Shown in pieces: positions 14,201 through 25,566 of a DNA stretch of 64,000 nt. Numbering within the stretch: position 1 is the stretch's first letter; each line of letters starts with the position of its first letter. The notes under the pieces were generated by a model, which saw only the letters and a program-made list of their open reading frames with translations, was not told the DNA's origin and ran no database searches. The stretch comes from Bugula neritina (Eukaryota > Animalia > Bryozoa). Location: assembly GCA_964035545.1 (NCBI GenBank), contig OZ037767.1, positions 27,110,628 to 27,174,627 on the forward strand. The letters run 5' to 3'. A program made the translations under genes and the position numbers.

Positions 14201-17200
14201 ACTCTCAAACGCATTCGGCATTAGCTCTTCAGCATATGCCAACCTCTCTGAATTGGACGCCTGCTTTTTATGCCCAGTCATGTTAACCAAATGTATTTTC
14301 AGCCATTCAAGACCTTCTTTTCCCAAACGCTTTCCTTTAAATTATATGCAGACACATATTGCCATATGGAGAGGAAACATTGGACTATAGTATATGAAGC
14401 TGGTACAGAAGTTATCCTACCTTTAGCAAACCTGAGCATAGCTCTGCGTGGGTCTGAAGAGACGTGGCTAAAGTGAGCGGAAAGTGGATACGCACGACCT
14501 CGAAAGTCAAGGTTGCTAGGCAGCCAAAACAGATCATCTCCACACTTCAAAATAAAATAAAATGTGAGAAATAAATAAATACAGGGGCAAACATCAGGAA
14601 CTATTTTCACTGACTCATAAACAAATATGTTAGCATCAGAGTAATATTGAAGCTTTAGCAGTTGTGTGCTCATGTGGAAGATAATGGTTATGAAATCTTT
14701 ACATCTATTTTATATCACTAATAAATATTTTACTATTGACTATCTTTGAAATTAATAAAATGACAAATTGTGTATTATAAAAATCCTGCTACTATTATAA
14801 CACCTCTAATTACAATGAACCTTCTAATCATAGAAATAAAAGAATTGAAATGTAACTTACGTAGTTGGCAATGGATAATGCTAGCAGGAAAGAAGCCCGA
14901 TCAGATATTAGTTCACTTTTTATTTTCTTCAGTTTGCTATTAATCTGTTCAGGCTCCAACTCTCCACTACAAGGAATAGAAAGCAGGTATTGCGTGCTCA
15001 ACGTAGTCTAATCAAACCACTTTAGTCAACAAACTAGGAGATTAAAGCTGAGGAAAACTAGAGCACATACATACAACTGAGCTCATTAAATATAAAGTAG
15101 AGATATCAGCATGTTTCTTGGTACACGCCAGCAGGTATATGAACCTACCATTCTTCTTCGGTGAGAGAAGCATGCTCTGATGCAAGAGGTATTTTAGTTG
15201 CAGCATCTCCACCGTCATTGAAAACTTTAATGACCAGAGGACTGATGTTGGTGTTTACCCTCCACGGCACTGCTGACAGAATGTTTAGTGCGTCCAGCAC
15301 AGGCAGCATTTCACTCACTTCTCCAGGACCAAAATAGTCTTCTCTGCTGGCCTTCACTAGTCGGGCTGTAACGGAACATAATGGTGTGAGAGCAACACAG
15401 TAGCCGGGTGTGAGAGCAACACAGTAGCTGGGTGTGAGAGCAACACAGTAGCCGGGTGTGAGAGCAACACAGTAGCCGGGTGTGAGAGCAACACAGTAGC
15501 TGGGTGTGAGAGCAACACAGTAGCCGGGTGTGAGAGCAACACAGTAGCCGGGTGTGAGAGCAACACAGTAGCCGACGCATGCTGCCGAGATGAGTGTGTG
15601 ATTCAGTGACATCTGTACACATCTTTAATCCATCAAATGAACAAAATTACAGCAGACAAACAGCCTCATGGTAGGTGAATCTAACACAGCTTAGAGTAGG
15701 AGAGAGAAGCTGAAAAAAGAGAAATGGTATAGAAGGTAATAGTAGACAGTTGTGGTAGAGAGGAAGATTGAGTAGAGATGGTAGTGGTAGAGAGAGAAAG
15801 TATTGGGACAAATAAGAAAAGAGTAGTGCAGTACTCAATGCAGTACTCGATGCAGTACTCGATGCAGTACTCGATGCAGTACTCAATGCAGTACTCAATG
15901 CAGTACTCAATGCAGTACTCAATGCAGTACTCAATGCAGTACTCAATGCAGTACTCGATGCAGTACTCAATGCAGTACTCACTGCGCGTCTGGAACAAGA
16001 TGCCTTTACCATCATCCAGTGAAGGTACAGGAGGAGTAAACACAGGTAGTTCAGTGATGTTCAAATGAAGGGTGTTTAGTTGTGCCAAATCCAACAGCTT
16101 TTTAATGGACGGATGAGGCTACAAATAATTCTTGATATGTACACAATGGAGAGAGAAAACATTAATAATAGAGGTAAATATTCATTTCGCATTATCAACA
16201 GACATGGAACAATAATAAAAAATAACAAAACCTTCTACCCAAATGTTGTGTATGTACCTTGAATTGCTTGACAACATGAGTTTTGAAGTGACGATTCACA
16301 ATATAGAATGCTGGAATAGGCTCATCAGTGTTAGCATTACTGAGTAGCTCGACTGGTACTTTAGTTGACTTGAGTATAATGTCCAGCAGTAACTCTCCAA
16401 CCTAAAGAACATTCCGGAATATCTTCACGACGTCTGGTAAAATTATACAAAGTTTTGAGGAAGACTGCATTAAAACCTCGCATTCCTATAACTCGAAAAA
16501 TATTAGAAATTTATTGAATTAAAATGTTAACAATGATATCCAACATTTTAAATTTATTAACTTGAAAGGTAATATTTCCTTAAACAAGTGAAAACATTTT
16601 TTCAGGTAAACAAAACAAAGAAAAAGAATTTATTTACTTTGAAGGTATAAATACTAGATAAGTATTATACAATATATAATCACTAAGGAGGTAACATACA
16701 GCGTGTATGATATACTAGGCTAGTAATATGCAGTATATAATATACAGTATATAATATACAGTATATAATATATAGTATATAATATACAGTATATAATATA
16801 CTAGATAAGTATTATACAATATATAATCACTAGGGTGGTAACATACAGCGTGTATGATGGATGGAGGCCACCTGTCCAAGACGCATTGATCCAACAGATT
16901 ATCAGAATCTGCCTGCAGAAACTGCTGCCTGTAGGAGGTAGAGTGGGTGGCATTATTATAGAAATTGTTGATATACTCCATCTGTACATCCTACAACAAT
17001 AAACACTGAGCATTACTAGCAGTAAGAAAGTTTTAGTACAAATTTACAGTCAAACCATATTATGCTAGCTTCATAACTGCCAAGTTGGATAACTCTTTTA
17101 TTATAAGAGAATTATAACTTAGAGCTGTCTTTGATTTCATAAACAAAGTATATTTAAATATACTTAAAAAAACCTTTCAGATAAAATCTAGAAATAATAA

Positions 17201-20200
17201 AAATAGAAATAAACAAGAACAATCATTATTATTTCTGTTTCAGTAAAAAATTAATAGGAAAGCTTATCAAAAGATAAGGCAGCTATTTGAGAAATCCAAT
17301 GTTTTTTAAACTGTAGGAACATATAACTTCTACTCAAATTTTATATGTTACATAGCACACAAAAGTGGACATAAATATTGTATTTACTACTAAACATAAT
17401 AGTGTTCACCAAGACTTGTGGGTTATGTTATGCTGTTAATTTGCTACTGAGCAATACCAAGATAAAGCATAGATGGATGCTCTGAAATACTTCATAGCCC
17501 TAAACAGCTAGACTATATCTTCATTTTTTGGACCTTCGTGTAAGGTAAAATGAGTAATTTTAATTTCTTAGTAACATCAAATAGTAGCCAGCGTCCAGAG
17601 ACCGAAGTATAACCTCTAACAACACTGACCTTTATCTTAGAAGACAGGGTCTGATTCTTATAGCCAAGATAACATTTGCGCACGAGTTCTCCCAACTTCT
17701 GACAAATAAAGCCATAATAGTGGCTGTAGTATAGAGACATCTCACACATACGCGCAGACTCTTCTAACATGATATTGACTAGAGTCTCCGCAGGCATACA
17801 CTCCATGTACACCTGTATCCAGTTGATGATGTTCGCATCCTCTGATAAGCAAATCAATTTTACCAAATTATTGGAGAACAAGAACAATGAATCTTTTTTT
17901 GTCAAAAATTTATAATTTCAGAGGAGTACAGTTAATTGTATAGCTAAAATATCAATGCATAGATAGTTAATAGTGAATGAAAACTAGTGAAGGCAGGTAT
18001 TGTGAATGACACAATGACACTGATTGAAACTACTGAAGATTCAGGGAACATTACAAGGCATAGAAAGGGTGTTAGAGAAATAGTATTGCTGGTGTAACCA
18101 TAAAAAGGCATGTTTATCATATCACCATAGCAACAGAGCACCCGCACAGCATCAGATATAATAAACACTGAAGGTGTGAATTGCAAACACGTAAATAATG
18201 CCAACTGACTATCAAACTCGGCTCTTTCCAACACAGACTGGAAGTTCTGAGCCAGTGACGTTCTCCAAAGTTCCATCATCTTTTTGTAACTCTTTCTCTG
18301 CAATCAAACAGAGCATGTCATGCAGACTACAAGCATAGTACTATAGCCTTTTGGCTTAGTATGTTAGGTCACCATTAACAATATACCACAAGTAACGGCC
18401 AACCTCCCTGCTTTAGATCCCTTAGATAAAGACTAGCTAGGGATTAGAGTTGCTTAAACTTTGCTACCATTAATACATTTTGCTTTCATTAATAAAAAAT
18501 AACAGATACAACAGTTTTTAAAATTCTTTAACTTGTGAGTTGTATTCGGTTAAGTTAATGTGACAGAAAAAATCCAAAATAGTCATTTAAGGCTGCAAAT
18601 GAAATAATTGTTTTAATAAGGACCGTTACTAATAATAACTTTCAACCATTGCATGTACTATAGTACTTGGCTACAAATTTATAGGCAAATAAATTATAAG
18701 AATTAGCATACGTGAAGTAACCAAGTTGAAATATCTCTAAATATTTTGCACATCAAAATTAGTAATTAGTAGAAATATAAGTTTACATTTCTACAATATT
18801 TATAAAAAAAACTCATAGTTAAACAAAAAGAATGAAACACATTTTCATTCATTTTCCACAAAATAAAACAGTTGTCTGTGGCTATGACAGTAGCACATCA
18901 AATAATAACATCCAGTTAAATTTACAATAAAAATCTCTCACCGCTTGAAACGTCTTCTCCGAGAATTTGACAACAGAAATAGACTCTATTGGGATGTCAC
19001 CTTGTGTTTCGAGGTGCATCTGCTTCTCCACCAATGACACGACGTCTTGCTCTGAGATAACTCCTAAATGAGGGTTCGGAGACTCCTAAAAAATACCCGT
19101 AGAGATTGGCTTAAACTCAGTTAGCCAGACAGAAAGCTTATAGAGTGAAGTGATATCTATTTGAAATTATTAGCACAATATTCTACTATTCTGTTACATA
19201 TTTATACTTATAGATTAGCTACATGGAAAACCAGTACTATTATACTATATTGTATAGATAACATACATAAGGAACATTAAAACCTCTGGCAACTGAGTTA
19301 ATATAAATGTCATCACAGTTTGTTGCCGTTCTATTGGCTGTGAGCTGTTTCAGTTGTAGGTCAGGTCTGTAGTTTTCTACACCCTGTAATATACACAAAA
19401 CACATTAGCAGCTAGTGGCGGCTAGTAGCAGCTAGTGGCGGCTAGTGGCGGCTAGTGGCGGCTAGTGGCGGCTGATTTGACAAATTTTGCTACCAGTCAA
19501 AGGGGTGACAAGAGAAGATAATCCAGGTCCTATCCGCCATGGCAGCTTACTGGGCATCTATATAGCTTTGTTTCAGCAAGGGCATACAACTCCAGTTTAA
19601 CACAAACATGTTGATCAAATTAGACTAGAAATATCAGAATATAGAGGACTAATAACACATAAGTCATTCAGAATTTCTATATCTGACATTCTAGATGGCC
19701 AAATCGATATTAATAATACACCTTTGTATAATATATAACTAAGACCGTCTGCAATAAGGAACGCACTCCTAGCTATGAATTTCGGCCCAATGTACAGTTA
19801 TGAAGCTGTCCTAATAATAGCAACGCGATTCCTACAGAGCAAAGGAATTTACCTGTATCACCTCTTTCATGAGGTCACGATACGGTGTCATTAGGTTTGA
19901 CGACAGTCCAATAGGAAGCAAATGTGTCATGTTTAGATCTTCAATTTTCTGCAAGACCTGATCGAGAAATACATTTGGAAATAATGGAAGATGCTATACA
20001 AGAATTTAATTACTTAGTAGAAACTTTCAGCTAATTTGAAGATTTAATGCTATAGACGGAATCATGTCACCATTTTCTTCAGATAACATACAATGCATAT
20101 TACTCCTTGTTAGATGAAGCTGTGTCCACCTGATTCATTTCAATATAATTTATCAACTTATTGTAAAAAAAATTTTTTTTTAGCACTGTTAAATTTGTGT

Positions 20201-23200
20201 TATACATTCAGATTACCCATTACATTGCTAAATTCATTTAGGTAGTGGCAGCTCAATGTAAAACACATTTCAAATATGTGTAGTATCAAACACTGAAACA
20301 TAAAATTTTGCATTTCCACATTATTAGTCCACTGATCAGAAGTTTTCTTGAAATCAAACTTTTTTAATTGCGTGAAGATGACTAACTATTTTGGTGAATG
20401 CAGCATAGATGTAAAATTAGTTTGAAATGTAAAGATACTACCATCAATCAAGACCTAATTATAATTGAATTACAGTATTTTTAACTAGTAACTGATGATA
20501 AATAACAAACATTTGATCTTATTTTGGCAGCAATTTACTGTTGTGTGGTGAGAGAAATAATAATAATTTTGGACGTAATAAATAAAAATTAGAATATAAT
20601 CAGCCTGTACTTGCGTATCAGATGAGTCAATTACAAGTCATATATTAATAAGATAAATGTTTGTGTCAAGATTATACTCGAAATGCAGAGTCAGAGGTTA
20701 CTCCTCACAATCTTGGATTTTAATAAAACTATATCAAAATTAAGAAAATTGAACTCCACTAAATATGTTATGCAAAGTAATAGGCATCAACAGAACTTTT
20801 CATTAAAGATTGGGCCAAAACTATACTGCTATACTTGGATTTTATGCTAATCAGTCTTGTAAAAAAGCAATGAGATACAATGCTATAGCATGGCCTAACA
20901 CTCACCATATTAGTATTGTTTTGAGGACTTTCTGATCTCAACGCTGCTAATAACATCCATATGTATGTCTCAATGTTCATTGTTACTGACCCTTTTATTA
21001 GCAGCTTATAGAACTTCAGGCAGTCCGCCATGCACGCCTAGCAGAAAAAATTAAAGGACCAAGTGATATTAAATCAAGCACTAAGAAAAAGATGATACGT
21101 TCAATAACATACTATGCAAACTTCACACATACAATTATTAAAAAAGCGCCTTTACATCTGCAACATTGAAAGTTCCACAAAGCAATGATTACTTCCCCAT
21201 TATTCTAGCAGCTGATTGTACTACTATGCAAGCGGGGAGATAACTTTAAGAGATAGCTTACTTTCTCAGCATACGCTTTCATCAGAATATTGGGCAGCCG
21301 TGAGTCTACGATCTTCTTATTGGCAAGCCATTTGATGGTACAATCACCGTTTATTAAAAACATGTGGAGGAAATCTCGAATCACTTCAGGCTGCATAACA
21401 ATAACATTAAACCGAGTGAAAACTGGAAAATATCTAGCTGAACAGTTTACACCATTCATGCTAGAGCATGTAATATTTTACTAGGAATTAAACATCACTC
21501 AAGATATTAAATGTTTCCACTTTTGCTGAAGCTATAAAGTGTGTAAATGCCACAAGAAAAAACACTTATTGCATGCTCACAGTTAACCGAGAAATATTCC
21601 GGCAGCTTAGACCACATGTATTTAGACTACTCACCTTCCCAGTTTCAGCGAGAAGCATGCTTACAAACGAGGACATTTGTCTGGTAAACTGGTTGATTTT
21701 TTGGAGATGAAAATGGTCGTATTCTGTGCCGAGCTCTTTCGTGTCACTGTCCGTAGAGATCGGTTTGGCTGTTGACAACGGACTGGCAGAAAACACTTTG
21801 AAGCCACTAATAAAAGTAGGAAATACAGAATGAAGATTTACTCTCGGAGTTTTTCTACATGTAAGACAAACTATCTTGGTGATCATTAATATATAAATTT
21901 ATCTAACCAACATCAATATAGACAATTGTGCACAGATACAATTTGTTTGATATATACACATAGTGAACAGATATAAATTCATCTAATCTATATATAAAAT
22001 GTTAGCGACTAAATATAAATTTGTCTAATTTATAATAATACAATGCTGACCGTACACTGACATCTACCATATAGACACATGGCAGCATATTTGAAAATCC
22101 AAGAACATGAATTCTGCATGGACATTAAATTAGCATTTAAAACTTGCCTTTGAGTTTTGGTATTACGCTTGACCACTGGTGCCTCTACTGTCTTTATAGA
22201 TGGGAGTTCCAAAAGTTTAGACTTATTGGTTATACAACCTGGCAATAGAAAATCTTCAGTAGGAAATGAACTTTACTCAATAACATGTATCAAGTTTGAA
22301 ACTATTAGTGCAGACCACAGGCTACAGGCTGAGAGAATGTGTACATAGAATTTTAGCAAACTTACACAATAGATTGTATCTACTCCACTATAAAGCAATA
22401 AATCTAGTTTCAATTTTAAAATTGAAAGCTAAAGAACTCTTTAGGCTTTCAGCTCTAGCACCTCAGCCATGGGCCAACCTGAAAGGTCATATTGGGCCAA
22501 CCTGAAAGGTCATATTACACAACAACTCACCTTTCTGGTAGCGCACGTCAAATGCCTGCACGGCTGTGTTCCATATATGACCATTTTTCAGCAACCTCCT
22601 TCGGCATTCTGCTTCTAAAAATGAGTGAAAGACAATGATTAGTTTCATTATCTACAACCAACTTTTTAAATGTATCAAAAATCATCAGCATGAATAAAGG
22701 AACTAGTAAAGTTGCCATGTCACTAATTAACGCACACGATTAATCCAATTTGTATTTGTGTTTCCATATTGGATGTGAATTACGCAATGCACCTTTTTTA
22801 GCCTGTGTTGAAGATAAAAGTTCAGTTGTTGCGCCCAATAGAACTTTTATTTGACTCTTAGTCTCCGACTGTTGTACAAGAGAGAGATCAGAGGCTGTTT
22901 TAGTAACAGATGAGGTTGGAGCTTCAGAATTGGTCGAAGTTATGGATGAATCCGCTTCAACACGCTGACTAGCTGATGCATGGCCTAACAACAGTAACAT
23001 GGGTAAAGTGTGTGGTCATCATAGGGTAACCGGATATAATTACAGGTCATAACTAATACAGATTTTAGTTGATTTGCTTGCCAATATTTCTCAATTGATC
23101 TCAAATTTAATTTATATTTAAATGGTGAAAATAAGAAAAAGTAAATAAAAGTACTTTAAGTAACAATTCGGTTATAGCTAAAGTAACTTTAAATCCAATA

Positions 23201-23422
23201 CAGAAGTAGTATACACTCTAGTATAAGTACTACTTTATTATTTGTTGAAACAAATAGACATCCATTGCTTAATGCACAAATTAAAGTCAATTCACAAATA
23301 CCTTGAGAGTAATGCCTTCCATTAACAAAACAGATGAAGCACTTATTTAGAGACTTGTAAGTAGGAGGACCAGAATAGGCGCCTGCTTTCAGTTTCTGAC
23401 AGGAAATCCGTTTTCGTAGCAT
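11212..23422 (-). CDS. POLRMT: DNA-directed RNA polymerase, mitochondrial (T7-like single subunit), 25 coding exons, ~1256 aa
   Basis: Phase-consistent exons: 23422-23302, 22984-22793, 22614-22531, 22238-22148 (GC donor), 21854-21635, 21390-21262, 21037-20906, 19993-19853, 19383-19267, 19085-18942, 18297-18210, 17841-17630, 16990-16847, 16401-16258, 16118-15983, 15365-15149, 14966-14861, 14544-14421, 14334-14183, 13889-13767, 13335-13135, 12777-12586, 12074-11878, 11785-11614, 11403-11212. Hallmark motifs: [40 protein letters not shown] (motif A), [17 protein letters not shown] (motif B), [26 protein letters not shown] (motif C), C-terminal SEYFFS. The basic N-terminus [12 protein letters not shown] resembles a mitochondrial presequence. 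Confidence 0.97.
12130..12550. repeat. Intronic minisatellite, ~28-bp unit agtaatactgtggtagtgatagtgtagt
   Basis: Fills most of POLRMT intron 12075-12585. Confidence 0.9.
13575..13766 (-). repeat. Degenerate tandem repeat of splice-donor-like units (minus strand TATACAGGTGRGT)
   Basis: Plus strand shows repeated ctcacctgtata/cccacctgta units immediately next to the real donor at 13766. Confidence 0.85.
15383..15573. repeat. Minisatellite, 24-bp unit ggtgtgagagcaacacagtagc(c/t)g, ~8 copies
   Basis: Near-perfect tandem array in a POLRMT intron, ending about 17 nt from the acceptor at 15366. Confidence 0.97.
15827..15982. repeat. Minisatellite, 12-bp unit tgcagtactc(a/g)a, ~13 copies
   Basis: Begins exactly at the POLRMT donor (minus strand GTGAGTACTGCA). 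Confidence 0.97.
16654..16860. repeat. ~57-bp direct duplication including a POLRMT splice donor, separated by a 14-bp (cagtatataatata) array
   Basis: ctagataagtattatacaatatataatcacta...ggtaacatacagcgtgtatgat occurs at 16654 and at 16801. Confidence 0.9.
19409..19473. repeat. 10-bp tandem repeat gctagtggcg, ~6 copies
   Basis: Just upstream of the POLRMT acceptor at 19384. Confidence 0.9.
22481..22516. repeat. 23-bp perfect tandem duplication gggccaacctgaaaggtcatatt (first copy starts ~22471)
   Basis: Two adjacent copies ending about 13 nt inside the intron after the donor at 22530. Confidence 0.85.
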
Positions 23423-24049
23423 CTTTTTTTCTAAGCTTAAAGTAATGCAGTATTTTCAACTTCAAAATGAAACACAGAATTTTACTTACGACAGCTAACC
23501 TGAAATGCAGATTTGATAAGTATCATTATTGTAGTGACTGCCAACACAATAACAGCTAAATACTGTTACACACAGTAAAATTAAAAGTAGGCCTACAGTC
23601 CTTTAGACTAGGATTATAATTTATATTACTAAAAACTTATAATAATGATTTCATGAAAATACCATGACATATAATTATATATAATCCAATAGTAACCAAT
23701 GGTATTACCAACAATGGCAAGCAGGTTAGGCCATATATATGCTATGCGGATGCCTATAATAATAATTTACTTTACTTTTGAAGTTACACTAATAGTAATG
23801 CTAATACTAATAGTAATACTAATAGCATTACTACTACACTTAAAAGTACCAGTACTTGGTTATATGTGGCTTAGCTTGAAACTTGCAAGAATATTATTAT
23901 ATGCTGCTTAAAGGAAACTTAATTGCTAATAGTAATACTAATATACTTTATAAAAATAAGCAGTAGTTAACTGTTATAGTTATTAAACGTTTTTTTATTT
24001 TTCAAGAAATTTTGAAACTACAGTTACTAATAACATTAACTTTAAGTTT

Positions 24050-24390
24050 AACTTATAACTAATAGTAATACTATAACTATAAGTATAACTATAACTATAA
24101 GCATAAGTATTACTATTACTATTACTATTAGTATTAGTATTAGTAAAACTAAAAGTAAATGTAATAAATTAATGTAATAGACTAATACACTATAATACTA
24201 ATAGTAATACTAATACTAATAGTGACTAATACTAATAGTACTAATAGTAATACTAATACTAATACTAGTAATACTATTACTATTACTATTAGTATTACAT
24301 TTACTATTAGTATTAGTATTACTATTAGTATTACTATTAGTATTAGTATTAGTATTAGTATTACTTAGTAATAGCAATATTATTAGTAAA
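24050..24390. repeat. AT-rich hexamer repeats (aatact)n followed by the complementary (agtatt)n
   Basis: Arms switch from tactaa/aatact to tagtat/agtatt near 24270, giving an imperfect inverted arrangement. Confidence 0.8.
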
Positions 24391-24549
24391 TATACACCTA
24401 CATTTGAACTTTATATTGCAGGTTATAGTAGGAACACCTACATTCACACTAAAGCCATTGTAAGGCTGTTTTTGTTTGCTTACAGTTACAAAGCTTTGAC
24501 AATTAACTCAAACTATTTAACTAATACATTTCGACTTGCATAACTCCAT

Positions 24550-24870
24550 CACATGCGGGCATTGAACAGATGTAACGCCGGGTTATACTTAGGCTTCGAA
24601 CTGAAGGAGTGAAATTGGTCGACCCGTAAATATTGGTACAAAGTAGGTTTAGATTTTGAAACTATGTTGGTTTCGCGTGCAGTTGCAGCGTTATAGCCTA
24701 TGAAGTCATAAAATTCATGTGTACTGGTCTGGTCAAAACTGCTACAGGTAACGATCTTACATAGTGATCACCTTCTAATAGGTTCGCGAGTCATATAAAG
24801 AGCTTTTTTATACACTAAGCTATCCTGTTTGTGGCATATCGCTCGCGCCACTGTTGCCATCCAAGCTAAT
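24550..24870. promoter_or_regulatory. Probable bidirectional promoter region between POLRMT and the SPRY gene
   Basis: Local CpG cluster (tttcgcgtg, ttcgcgag, gctcgcgcca) in otherwise CpG-poor DNA, between divergent start codons at 23422 (-) and 25567 (+). Confidence 0.5.
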
Positions 24871-25566
24871 GGTGATAAATTAAAATAATAAAAATATTTA
24901 CATAAATATTAAATATGAATGCATTTAGTTTTATATCATCATTGTGATTGTTCAAATTAATGGCTGTGGAAGGAGAACCATTGTTTTGCTTTAACCTAAA
25001 CTTATCTTTCTTGTAATGATATTTATAATTATTAAAAAAATATGAAAATGTTACTGACTCAGTGACTGACTCTCAGTTGGTGTAAACATGTGTCAGTGTG
25101 AGAATGATTGGTGACTGTGACTGACAATCGTACTGATATTAGTAGTTTGTTGCTATAAGGCTTAGTATTGCTATTTAATTTAATATTTAATTGATTAACT
25201 TTATAACTTGGTTTTAGTTCTAATTCTATTATAGTATTAAATCCTAACATCATATTTGAACTATTTTCTTTGACTTCATTGGCAAAGATTATTTTTGTTT
25301 TATAACTTGAATCATCTTACTTATTTTGTAAACTTGTTTGCCTATTTCTAATTGACTATTTGAGTTGTGGCGCTGAGTTCAAATCTCTTTTTGGCTCCTT
25401 TTGAAGATATTGTTTAGTCTTCTAAAATGGTTTTTAGTAAAACTTGCAAGTTTTTTTCATATTTTATTATCTTTTTTCAGTATATGTATATCTTTACCAC
25501 TGCCTTGAATACTCATTTTAGTGCATTTTAAAGGACTATAATGGTAAATTCGTTTGCCAAAAAATA

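Noticed and set aside
15383-15573. 24-bp repeats as a CRISPR array
   Set aside because: The repeats are contiguous with no unique spacers, there are no cas genes, and they lie in a eukaryotic intron.
15311-16094. ORFs with EYCI, STAL, QYSM and YCVALTPG repeats
   Set aside because: Intronic tandem repeats read through from or into real POLRMT exons; splicing removes them.
11212-23422. T7-like RNA polymerase as a phage or horizontally acquired gene
   Set aside because: It has 24 spliceosomal introns, an N-terminal presequence and extension, and metazoan POLRMT motifs; this is the ordinary nuclear-encoded mitochondrial enzyme.
24770-24860. Minus-strand ATG (MATVARAICHK...) as the POLRMT start
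   Set aside because: It stops after ~30 codons and I could not splice it in frame; the ATG at 23422 gives a complete protein with a presequence-like N-terminus.
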